NCBI GenBank assembly: GCA_049513715.1
Contig: JBEKVV010000003.1
Location: 160,001-224,000 of the forward strand
Reading direction: 5' to 3'
Source of the DNA: Candidatus Bathyarchaeia archaeon
Lineage (GTDB): Archaea > Thermoproteota > Bathyarchaeia > 40CM-2-53-6
Length of the DNA stretch: 64,000 bases
The translations under genes were made by a program, and so were the position numbers. Below, in pieces: positions 17,346 to 25,764 of this stretch (positions are counted from its first letter, which is position 1; the number at the start of each line of letters is the position of its first letter). The notes under the pieces were generated by a model. It saw nothing but the letters and a program-made list of their open reading frames with translations, had not been told where the DNA came from and ran no database searches.

Positions 17346-18578
17346 TCACTTTTCGCCCTCAATAGTGGGGATGGAGACAACGACTATGTCTATGTATGCT
17401 GAAAGCCAAGAAGGTAACTGATTTTTCAACTCTGTTAGGATCGGTTCGGATTCCTTCGAGCAAACCATCTTTACACGTTCGATGTCGTAGCTGAATGGAG
17501 TGATCATGTTTGCTTGTACTTGTTCTGGATGTGCTCGCACCTCTTCGTCTGTCTCTATGTTCACGGCGTTGCATCCGAACCATTTGAACGAGTCGCTGCT
17601 TGCTCTGTCGAATATGGCTCCGTCAAATCTGTTTAGACCAGGCTGTTGTTGAATGGATAGGTAGAGTTGTGGTCGTGGATGTTGGAATGTCTGGAGGAAA
17701 AATGCTAACTCCATTGCTACGTGCATCATGCCTGTGTTGTCGGTGGATGTTGGAAAGAAAATCTGTCGTGCGAATGGAGTCAGTTGATGTGTGGGTGGAG
17801 GGTGACCACGGTGCCCCTCCCACTCTTTTTGTGTGAGCTGGGTTTGCGAAACGTAACCTGATCTGGTCAGTTTCTTTAGAACGTCTCGAACATCTGTGCT
17901 CTTGAAGCGCTGTATTCGTCCTCGAATGTCTGTGATCGTTGCTTGCCCGATTGTCTGGTTGAGGGAATAGATACCGCCTAAGACATCCCACGTGTCAGGT
18001 ACTAGGTCTTTTTGGTCATTAGTCAGTAGATCGAACGTTCTACTTGCGAGATTTGAGTTCTTCTTGATTTGATCTGCTTTTTGGATTAGCACTTGGATGT
18101 CCAGCGAGAACTTTCTTCCCTCGAATGTGTCGGATTGCTGAAGAGCCGGGGTCGTCGGTATTGGTTGGCTTCGCTTTTGTGATTCTTCTAATGCCGCTAC
18201 TCTGTCTGCAATTTTCTTGACTTCGAGATTGGTATCTTGTTTGAGTACGTTGAGATCGCCCTTAACGTTCTCGGATAGGAGCCACAGCGTGAAGTTGGAA
18301 TCCTGTTTCATCTTGCCATGTGCTTCTCTGTTTGCTTTAATGAATTCGTCTAAGCTGTATTGCAGGTTTTGTTGTTCGTCTTGGTGGAGTTTCTGCTTAC
18401 CTTCGAGTGTCATTAGCGCATTTTGTGTTGCTGCTTCGGCTTTGGTGCGTTCACTCAGTGATTTCTCAATAGCTTCCGTCTCAGCGTCGAAGAGGCATTC
18501 GAGTTCGTGGACTCTCCGTTCTAGTTCCTTGTCTCTGCCCAAAAACTGGCTGAGCTTTTCATTTTTCGTAACTATCAC
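17346..18578 (-). CDS. Coiled-coil + wHTH + nuclease-like protein (Replic_Relax-like architecture)
   Basis: N-terminal heptad-rich region; ATITDIR...VRDVLKKLTRSGYV...HQLTP winged helix; then MHVAM, RFDGAI and AVNIET. Confidence 0.55.
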   Translation of the reverse strand: MIVTKNEKLSQFLGRDKELERRVHELECLFDAETEAIEKSLSERTKAEAATQNALMTLEGKQKLHQDEQQNLQYSLDEFIKANREAHGKMKQDSNFTLWLLSENVKGDLNVLKQDTNLEVKKIADRVAALEESQKRSQPIPTTPALQQSDTFEGRKFSLDIQVLIQKADQIKKNSNLASRTFDLLTNDQKDLVPDTWDVLGGIYSLNQTIGQATITDIRGRIQRFKSTDVRDVLKKLTRSGYVSQTQLTQKEWEGHRGHPPPTHQLTPFARQIFFPTSTDNTGMMHVAMELAFFLQTFQHPRPQLYLSIQQQPGLNRFDGAIFDRASSDSFKWFGCNAVNIETDEEVRAHPEQVQANMITPFSYDIERVKMVCSKESEPILTELKNQLPSWLSAYIDIVVVSIPTIEGEK

Positions 18579-18723
18579 CCCCTTTTATAGACACTATATA
18601 GGATTTGCTAAAGCTTTATAAAGGCGCGGTTATCCCCGAAAAACGGCGAGAAATTCCCAGTAACAGCACAAATCTTCCTTTAACTCGTAGATCCAGGGTG
18701 CAGTACAGGGACGAAGCCACTGC

Positions 18724-19119
18724 ATGAGTGCCGATGCGGAAGTCGAGTTTCTCCAAGGCTTGCTTGAGGAGTATAAGCTGAAAGTTCCTGAATGGAGGAG
18801 TTATTGTGTGGGGCTATACCGCTCCAACGAGGAGAGAAGCGTTGTCCTCCAACATCACTTGGGATGGTATCATTATACGGGAGAACAGGACGAATTTGAG
18901 AGTGAAAGAGTCAAGCAATGTACTAAGCACATTCAACATTTTATCGCTAGGGTCAGAGAAAAGGGGTTCCTGGTCTCACAACGGAAGAGACATTCATCTC
19001 TTGGACGGGGCGGATGGTATGACTTCTGGAAGATTTCCTTGCAAAAAGACATCGAATTCAAACTTCTTCACAAAGACGCTTTAAGCGACGGGCTGTCGAA
19101 ATATCTCAAATCGGCATAA
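18724..19119 (+). CDS. Hypothetical protein (131 aa)
   Basis: ATG-initiated ORF with protein-like composition. No motif recognised. Confidence 0.6.
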   Translation: MSADAEVEFLQGLLEEYKLKVPEWRSYCVGLYRSNEERSVVLQHHLGWYHYTGEQDEFESERVKQCTKHIQHFIARVREKGFLVSQRKRHSSLGRGGWYDFWKISLQKDIEFKLLHKDALSDGLSKYLKSA

Positions 19120-19126
19120 CATGATG

Positions 19127-19963
19127 CTACTTCATGAACCAGTCTTCGTCAATTCTCGAAATCAGCTCCAATGCAGCTCTGAAAGCCTGTTTACCTTCTT
19201 GCGGACTTGCGGAGTATTTGCGGTGGACGATCTTATCTCGAAACTCCTTGGTTGTACTATGCCAAGCTGAATGTTCTCTCGGAAATTGTGCTGATAGAGT
19301 TTGACCGATAGCTTCTCGATACCACGTCGATACTTTTTCGTCTATCGTCCGTCTCTGAACCCACTCAACAGTCTCGGGTTTCATCTGGAGTCTGTTCACA
19401 AGGAAATCGTCAATAAACAATTCAAAAGCCATTTCAGCACTGACGATTTGCATGGTCGGATCATTTTGAAGTTCATAACCCTTCGAGTCAGCGAGTGATT
19501 GTTTCCAGGAAGCGGCTTGATGACCTATGGATTCGCCAAATGCGAGCCAACTCACGTCAACTGCAGTGAGGAATGTTGGTTCGTTATTGATACCGGTCGA
19601 GCTGAGAATTTGGAAACCCTTCGATGTAGTTCCACAGGGTTCTACGTATATCAGATGTTTTTGAGGTGTAAGGAACACCCTGAAAACTTTCTCAGGAATC
19701 GTGTTATATTCGACGTTTGCGACCTGCCCGACCCGAATTTCAACTGTTCCCGAATCGAACCAAGAACTTCTGATGATGTATTGAGCGAAGATGTTTTCCG
19801 AATAAAAATGATTCAGAATTCCCTCAGATACGCTGAGTTGGTGTTGACATTGGTGGCAGGTAAGCACCTCATTTCGGATCGGAACCGGGAAAGCGTTTGA
19901 GTCAATATCCCAGTTGCGGCTACAATTACCACATTCCACGAACAATCGAAGACCTTGAGGCAA
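19127..19963 (-). CDS. Zn-ribbon + beta-sandwich (H-type lectin/tail-fibre-like) + HEPN protein
   Basis: CGNC and CHQC; VFLTPQ...TTSKGFQI...VSWLAFG; SAEMAFE and FRDKIVH (R-x4-H) followed by a terminal helix. Confidence 0.65.
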   Translation of the reverse strand: MPQGLRLFVECGNCSRNWDIDSNAFPVPIRNEVLTCHQCQHQLSVSEGILNHFYSENIFAQYIIRSSWFDSGTVEIRVGQVANVEYNTIPEKVFRVFLTPQKHLIYVEPCGTTSKGFQILSSTGINNEPTFLTAVDVSWLAFGESIGHQAASWKQSLADSKGYELQNDPTMQIVSAEMAFELFIDDFLVNRLQMKPETVEWVQRRTIDEKVSTWYREAIGQTLSAQFPREHSAWHSTTKEFRDKIVHRKYSASPQEGKQAFRAALELISRIDEDWFMK

Positions 19964-20255
19964 GGTTCTTTCCCAAGAGTGGGTGGATTACTCACTATGA
20001 TTTCGCTTTTTCGCAGTGCGCCAAGCTTCTACTTGCTTTGCCCGAAAGTTCGAAGAGGTTATCTCCGATTTCGATTTGACAGCAATTCAAGAACAGTTTG
20101 CGATCAGTCACCAGGGAAAAAGTGACAGAATTCTCACAAAACCGTAACGCCGTAGCACCAGGCGCATAAGAGATAATCTGCCACTTTTTCAAATGACACT
20201 CCGAGGGCCAAGAGTCTCTAAATATGAGATTCTCAGACTCTCCTTTGGTAGTTTT

Positions 20256-21314
20256 ATGATTGTTTTCTTGGGAGCAGGTGCTTCGGCTCCATTCGACTTC
20301 CCGACGATGCCTAAACTAGTACATATACTGTGGAACCATCTTTCTGGCAACGATAAAACCCTCTTCAAGCTTCTATGCGCCTCCAAGAATAGTGGAGATA
20401 CAGAAAATGTTCTGATGACGATCGAGCAAATCAGTTCTATAGCAAACAGTCCAATTGCTGCAATATTCAAACCGTATCAATTACCCCCAAGGATAGGCAG
20501 ATTAGCTCTGCCAAGATTGAACTTCGAAACACTGGTACAGAGTCTTAGAAGCCTTCGTGAGCACATGTACGATGAAATCTTTGAGGTTTACCAGACGAAA
20601 CCTATGACTCGATTGAATTTCGAGCTTTACTCGGAGTTGTTCTCGATCATAGGAAAAAAAGCAGAGAGTAAAGGTCACTTGGTGTTTACAACAAACTACG
20701 ACACGATTATTGAAGACTTCTGTGCGGCAACCCAACGGTACGAACTTAGAGATGGATTTGAGCATGACACCACTAGCGGTAGACACCTTTGGAGTGATCT
20801 ATCATTCGACCGACCAGTATCTTATGCTCCCAAGCCCACGATCAAGTTGTTCAAGGTGCATGGATCGTTAGGCTGGAAGGAGAGCATTCCCTATGGTATA
20901 GAAAAAGTAACACTTGAAAAAAGGGTCGAGTCCAGTCCGACTAGTGTGCACACTAGAGACTTGATCATTTACCCAGGTAGTAAGAATCCCCCTGATCGGC
21001 ATCCCTTTACTTACTTGTATGATCGTTTTGAAACAGAAATGAAAACTGCTGATCAGTGCGTGGTGATTGGTTACTCGTTCAGAGACGACTACCTGAATAG
21101 GGTTTTCAGGAATTTCATTTTCTCTCAGCAGAAAAGAAAGAGGCTATACGTAATTAGCAAGACATCGGAAGAAACGCTGTGGAAAAACCTTCTGGGGCTC
21201 AAGCGCAAAGCTGCTTTGAAGCACTATGTTTTCAGTAAGATGGTTATCCCTATTCCCTGCCACTTTGGAGAGAACGGCTGGTCTAAGGAAATCACGGCGA
21301 AACTACAGGAATAG
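20256..21314 (+). CDS. SIR2-like (SIR2_2) domain protein, putative defence NADase
   Basis: VFLGAGAS, FTTNYD, KVHGSLGW, IYPG and VIGYSFRD motifs. Confidence 0.88.
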   Translation: MIVFLGAGASAPFDFPTMPKLVHILWNHLSGNDKTLFKLLCASKNSGDTENVLMTIEQISSIANSPIAAIFKPYQLPPRIGRLALPRLNFETLVQSLRSLREHMYDEIFEVYQTKPMTRLNFELYSELFSIIGKKAESKGHLVFTTNYDTIIEDFCAATQRYELRDGFEHDTTSGRHLWSDLSFDRPVSYAPKPTIKLFKVHGSLGWKESIPYGIEKVTLEKRVESSPTSVHTRDLIIYPGSKNPPDRHPFTYLYDRFETEMKTADQCVVIGYSFRDDYLNRVFRNFIFSQQKRKRLYVISKTSEETLWKNLLGLKRKAALKHYVFSKMVIPIPCHFGENGWSKEITAKLQE

Positions 21315-21343
21315 CGTTTTTTTGGCTATTAGTCCCACGATTT

Positions 21344-21371
21344 GTGGGTTCAAATCCCACCGGCCCCACCA
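21344..21371 (+). repeat. attR core (28-bp direct repeat)
   Basis: Identical to 6055-6082. Preceded by TTAGTCCCACGATTT. Confidence 0.9.
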
Positions 21372-21633
21372 TATCATGGGTTTAACAGCCCGATTTTGAG
21401 GGCGTTCTTCTCATTTTAACCGTATTCGAAGGCTCCCTGAGTCAAGGCATACGAAGAATTTACTCAGAGTAACTGAGAATGATAAGGATGACTAGAGAGG
21501 GTAACGTCAAGATGACGGTTGCTAGAGCGAATTTTTCTCCCTGTAAATTATCGGTTGCTAACCAACTATTTTGGTTCTGTTAAGACTTCGCGTGATGTTT
21601 TTTCTGTTAAGCATCGGGTGGAGCTACCACACA

Positions 21634-21867
21634 CTAACGGACGACATTGAGCACGCCGTATCTCCACAGGACGAACCAAATGTTAATCAGGAGCGGTATC
21701 AGCGTAACAACAATGACACAGAACGTCAGTACGCCATAGCCGAATTTGACCGTGTAAAATTTCGTTATCTTCACGTGGTTTATTGATATCAGGTAAAATA
21801 TGATTGCGTCGGTAAGACCGATGATGATGATTGCGCGAAGAGTCAAATCATAAAGTAACGAAAACAT
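21634..21867 (-). CDS. Small membrane protein
   Basis: GGAGGTGA RBS upstream; two hydrophobic segments. Confidence 0.55.
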   Translation of the reverse strand: MFSLLYDLTLRAIIIIGLTDAIIFYLISINHVKITKFYTVKFGYGVLTFCVIVVTLIPLLINIWFVLWRYGVLNVVR

Positions 21868-21947
21868 TCAACTCACCTCCTCTGACCATCATGAAAAGGA
21901 TTTCTCATATCAAGCACCAATACACAATCGCCTTCATACAATACCAC

Positions 21948-22226
21948 TCATTTATTCGAGTTCTCTGTTTTCCGAGAAACCACCGCCCAAAAATCCCAAA
22001 CCCAAAATCGCTGATTGTCCGTTCTTCGCAGGTATCTCCACCAGAACTCCAAATTCACTGTAAGAACGAAGAGGGTAAGGGCGGTTATCAAAGCGACCGT
22101 TTCAAAGAAATTAGCCACGAAGGTTTGCATATCGCGTGAAACAGCGTAGAATGCAACAGCGTTTATGAGAGTAACTACGGAAATTACTCGCAGGAACAGA
22201 TGTTCTTTGCTCGTTAATCCTTTCAA
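21948..22226 (-). CDS. Small membrane protein
   Basis: Two hydrophobic segments and a Trp/Arg-rich tail. Confidence 0.5.
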   Translation of the reverse strand: MKGLTSKEHLFLRVISVVTLINAVAFYAVSRDMQTFVANFFETVALITALTLFVLTVNLEFWWRYLRRTDNQRFWVWDFWAVVSRKTENSNK

Positions 22227-22476
22227 CTTTCACGCACCTACCCGATAGGTACACACACATAAAGTAACGAAAGTCCCATTCAACCCTCCTCCTCTCGTTT
22301 CGGCTTTGATGGATTCGATTGACGAGGCTTGACAAAGATAACTATTTACCCACCTTGAGCCCGCATCTTCCATTCCAGTCGGTAATCACCCGTCAACTTA
22401 ACAGAACCACTATTTTTCTGTTAACTGAGAATGCATGTGCCAACCAATTCGTAGGCTAGCTAGCGGGTTCTATGCG

Positions 22477-22695
22477 ATGATCGAACCATTTGTCAAGATG
22501 GATGCTACGAACAAAAAACTTCTGGCACTTCTCGTTGGGCTCATGATTTTTGGCGTAATAGCGATACACATTCAACTGAACGAAACTGTGGCAACTGGAG
22601 CATTCATCGGTACGCTCTTAGCAGGTTCACGATTTCTTGTAAAACCTCGCGTTCAAGTCAAGGAAAACAAGGATACCCACTGCACAATTGGCTAA
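22477..22695 (+). CDS. Small membrane protein (tentative)
   Basis: Two short hydrophobic segments. The 3' end overlaps a convergent ORF. Confidence 0.35.
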   Translation: MIEPFVKMDATNKKLLALLVGLMIFGVIAIHIQLNETVATGAFIGTLLAGSRFLVKPRVQVKENKDTHCTIG

Positions 22696-23328
22696 AAGCA
22701 ATGTAAAGAAATTAGGGTTCGAAGCGATCACATGAAGCATTGGTTCTATTGGGGTAATTGTTGTTGAATTGGTAGCCGCAATATTGGTCACTGCCAAACC
22801 TATTCCGCCTAACATCACTTCAGTTATTACTGAACTAACAATTGGGCTAATTATTATCCCGAGCAGAAATACCGCATAACCTATGCCTTTACCCTTGAAA
22901 AGGTCTGCCTCTTGTCCCCAAGGAATTTTCAGCCACCCTCCTCCACCTCTAACGAAGAGTGTGGTGAGAACTACATCAGCAACTACCCAACCGACTGAGG
23001 CAGAGTAAATGTAGTTCCAGATTGGAAACCATTCCCATCCGATGAAAGTAAGTGCAGCTACAGAACAAATTACGGTTGCAATGGCGTTATCCAGAATCTC
23101 ATGTACAATACCAGTTACAGAAATTGCCAAAGAACTCACTTGGCAGAGGACTCCAATGCGTGATGTGTAGTATTTGGTTAGGGCTTCGTATATCATGGCG
23201 TCAGCAAAATGGTAGCGCGGATCAGCACTTTTACCGGCTGTCTCTTGTGGGTATTTGTTCCCGAAAATAACCCTGTTCTTTTTGGCCAGATTCTGTCCGT
23301 ACCTCTCGTGGCAAATGCGACCAGTCAA
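22627..23328 (-). CDS. Multi-pass membrane hypothetical protein (true start probably near 23140)
   Basis: Hydrophobic helices in the C-terminal ~170 aa. The N-terminal part of the ORF looks non-coding. Confidence 0.55.
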   Translation of the reverse strand: MTGRICHERYGQNLAKKNRVIFGNKYPQETAGKSADPRYHFADAMIYEALTKYYTSRIGVLCQVSSLAISVTGIVHEILDNAIATVICSVAALTFIGWEWFPIWNYIYSASVGWVVADVVLTTLFVRGGGGWLKIPWGQEADLFKGKGIGYAVFLLGIIISPIVSSVITEVMLGGIGLAVTNIAATNSTTITPIEPMLHVIASNPNFFTLLLANCAVGILVFLDLNARFYKKS

Positions 23329-24593
23329 CTGGTTGTCTTCAGTATCTTTTCCAGTTCATCCATTGAAGCGTTAATTGTTGGTATCTCAACCATACCGCGC
23401 ATTGCAGTGCTGGGATCTTTCAGGCCGCTTCCAGTGATCTCCACAACAACGCTGTCCGACCGGTCTAGTTCTCCCTGTAAGACTATTTTCATTAGGCCAG
23501 CGAGTGATGTTACGCCTGACGGTTCTGCGAAGACTCCTTCGTTCTTGGCGAGAATTCGTTGCGCTTCTAGTATCTCTTCGTTTGACACTGCCACCGCTGT
23601 TCCATGTGACTCTCTGATGGCTTTCAAGGCTGCGTCTCCGTCCCATGGAAACGGGTCCATGAGGCCCGTCGCCACTGAGTCAGGCCTCTCCCATGCAACA
23701 ATCTTCATTGGGTCCACGCCTTGCTCGTAGGCGCGTATTACTGGTGCGCAACCGGTCGATTGCACAGCGACCATTCTCGGCTTTGTTCGAATGAAGTCAA
23801 GTTCTTTGAAGTCCAAGTAGCCCTTCCAATTGCCTGCCAAAGCTCCGCCCGCTCCTACGGGCACGAAAACCCAATCAGGCGAATTCCAAGCCAAGCCCTC
23901 GACAATCTCGTAGGACATGGTCTTGGGCCCTTCGGCTTGGTATGGGTTTAGCGGGCCGAAGCTTGGGCACGGGTACCAGCCGTACTTGTCACACACGGCC
24001 TTGAGCATCTTCACCGTCGGGTCTTCCCCGGCCTCAAGCCCGCGAACCTTCACAACCTGAGCACCATACATTGTCAGTTGTGCCAGTTTGCCCGCACTCG
24101 CCATTTCCGGGACGAAGGTTAGGCACTTTAAACCTGCTTTGGCAGAATACGCCGACAAGGCTGCAGCTGCGTTGCCACTCGACGCTGAGACGACGGTATC
24201 ATAGCCTAACTCCACCGCCTTTGACACTCCAACTGTCATCGGCCTATCCTTGAAGGATGATGTGGGGTTCCGGGTGTCGTCGAGTAACCAGAGCCTTTCC
24301 AAACCTAGTGCTTTGCCCAGCCTCTTAGCCGGTAAGAGAGGTGTGCCACCTTCGCCGAGGCTGACAATGTATTTCGGGCCGTTCACGGGCAATAGTTCTC
24401 GGTACCTCCATAGGCCCTTGTCGCGTTTGGAAAGCTCGGCTTGATTAATCGCCTCTCGAACGGCTTCGTAGTCGTAGTAGATGTCTAGCCGCCCGTCATC
24501 GCGATTCGTACACCGAATTGGGCCAGAGCTGAAATCATATTCCTTTCCGCAACGCGCGCATCTGATCTTCTTCACGAAGGAGCTAGATTGCAT
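23325..24593 (-). CDS. thrC: Threonine synthase-like PLP enzyme
   Basis: N-terminal CARC, SLGEGGTPL, NPTSSFKDR (PLP Lys), SSGNAAAA, VPVGAGG and ITGSGLKD. Confidence 0.88.
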   Translation of the reverse strand: MQSSSFVKKIRCARCGKEYDFSSGPIRCTNRDDGRLDIYYDYEAVREAINQAELSKRDKGLWRYRELLPVNGPKYIVSLGEGGTPLLPAKRLGKALGLERLWLLDDTRNPTSSFKDRPMTVGVSKAVELGYDTVVSASSGNAAAALSAYSAKAGLKCLTFVPEMASAGKLAQLTMYGAQVVKVRGLEAGEDPTVKMLKAVCDKYGWYPCPSFGPLNPYQAEGPKTMSYEIVEGLAWNSPDWVFVPVGAGGALAGNWKGYLDFKELDFIRTKPRMVAVQSTGCAPVIRAYEQGVDPMKIVAWERPDSVATGLMDPFPWDGDAALKAIRESHGTAVAVSNEEILEAQRILAKNEGVFAEPSGVTSLAGLMKIVLQGELDRSDSVVVEITGSGLKDPSTAMRGMVEIPTINASMDELEKILKTTS

Positions 24594-24653
24594 TGTGCGA
24601 TTCCACGGGCTCCATGTCTACGGCAAGTGTCAAAGCTCTACTGCGCAGGGATT

Positions 24654-25706
24654 TCACTCGACTATTTCCCAACGTGACTGATACTTGTCCAGCTGTTCAA
24701 CCGTATACTCGTCCAGCGGGTGTTCCCTCTGCGGAACATCGACATGCTTGACTTCCCCGCAGAGTTCTGTTGAGAAGTATCGTTGGCCGGTATCGTTGAC
24801 CATTGTGACGATCGTCTGGTAATCTGGATGCTTTCGAGCGGCCTTGATTGCGGCTGCCACATTACAACCAGAGGAGATTCCGCAGAAGATTCCCTCCTCC
24901 TTCGCGAGCCTCTTCGCCATGGCTATGGCCTCGTCGGAGGTTGTCGTTATTATGCCGGTCAATTGGCTGAGCTCTAAGTTGCGTGGTACGAAACCGTCAC
25001 CGATGCCCTCGATTTTATGCGTCCCCCATTTGCGGTGTGCTAGGATCGGTGCCTCAGATGGCTCAACAGCGTAGAGTGCGATCTTCTTGTTCTTCTCTTT
25101 CAAGAACCTGCCAACACCCGTCAACGTTCCCCCAGTACCCTGGGACGCGAGGAAGCAATCGACCTTGCCCTGACTTTGCTCCCAAATCTCGGGTCCCGTG
25201 GTTTTGTAGTGGGCGGCGATGTTATCTTGGTTGCCAAATTGGCCTGGCTCCCAATATTTCCCCGGGTTTGTTCGTTTCAGTTCAGCTATTTTCTCCAAGC
25301 ACAAGTCAACGTCACTTTCGCCACCGGGCGTTGTGACTACTTGGGCTCCGTAGGAGCGAATGATTTTCACGCGTTCCTGGCTCATGCCCGCGGGCATCAC
25401 CACAGTGACCTTGTAACCCAACGTTGTTCCCACGAACGAGCAAGCGATGCCAGCATTGCCTGTTGACGCCTCCAAGATCTCCATATCAGGCTTGAGGTCG
25501 CCTCGCTCAATCGCTCTCGTGATCATCTCACGGTAGATGCGGTCCTTCAGGCTGCCTGTTGGGTTCATGTACTCGAGTTTGACAAGAATCCGAGCCTTAA
25601 CGCCCTCTGTCTTGGGGATATTTCTGAGCTTGACGAGTGGGGTTCTGCCTATGGTTTCGAATATGCCATCGGCTACGTTTCGCGAATTAGCCCATTCAAT
25701 CATCAT
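24654..25706 (-). CDS. Cysteine synthase / cystathionine beta-synthase family PLP enzyme
   Basis: IGRTPLV, KLEYMNPTGSLKDR, EASTGNAG, QGTGGT, HKIEGIG and DTGQRY. Confidence 0.9.
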   Translation of the reverse strand: MMIEWANSRNVADGIFETIGRTPLVKLRNIPKTEGVKARILVKLEYMNPTGSLKDRIYREMITRAIERGDLKPDMEILEASTGNAGIACSFVGTTLGYKVTVVMPAGMSQERVKIIRSYGAQVVTTPGGESDVDLCLEKIAELKRTNPGKYWEPGQFGNQDNIAAHYKTTGPEIWEQSQGKVDCFLASQGTGGTLTGVGRFLKEKNKKIALYAVEPSEAPILAHRKWGTHKIEGIGDGFVPRNLELSQLTGIITTTSDEAIAMAKRLAKEEGIFCGISSGCNVAAAIKAARKHPDYQTIVTMVNDTGQRYFSTELCGEVKHVDVPQREHPLDEYTVEQLDKYQSRWEIVE

Positions 25707-25764
25707 AAGACAACTGCCGGCCACACAATATGTTCCACGCAATCTTGAAGGTTACTAAACAAGT

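Larger units (their letters stand above)
6055..21371. mobile_element. Integrated element / defence island (~15.3 kb)
   Basis: Exact 28-bp tRNA-like direct repeats at both ends, tyrosine integrase at the left end, and R-M, HEPN and SIR2 cargo. Appears AT-richer than the flanks by eye. Confidence 0.9.

Noticed and set aside
16987..17349. 120-aa F/P/R-rich ORF as a confident gene
   Set aside because: Its composition is explained by the pyrimidine-rich strand of the skewed tract and it has no motif. Kept only as an alternative in the finding.
72..21371. CRISPR array from the 28-bp repeats
   Set aside because: Only three copies, kilobases apart, tRNA-like in structure, with no cas genes.
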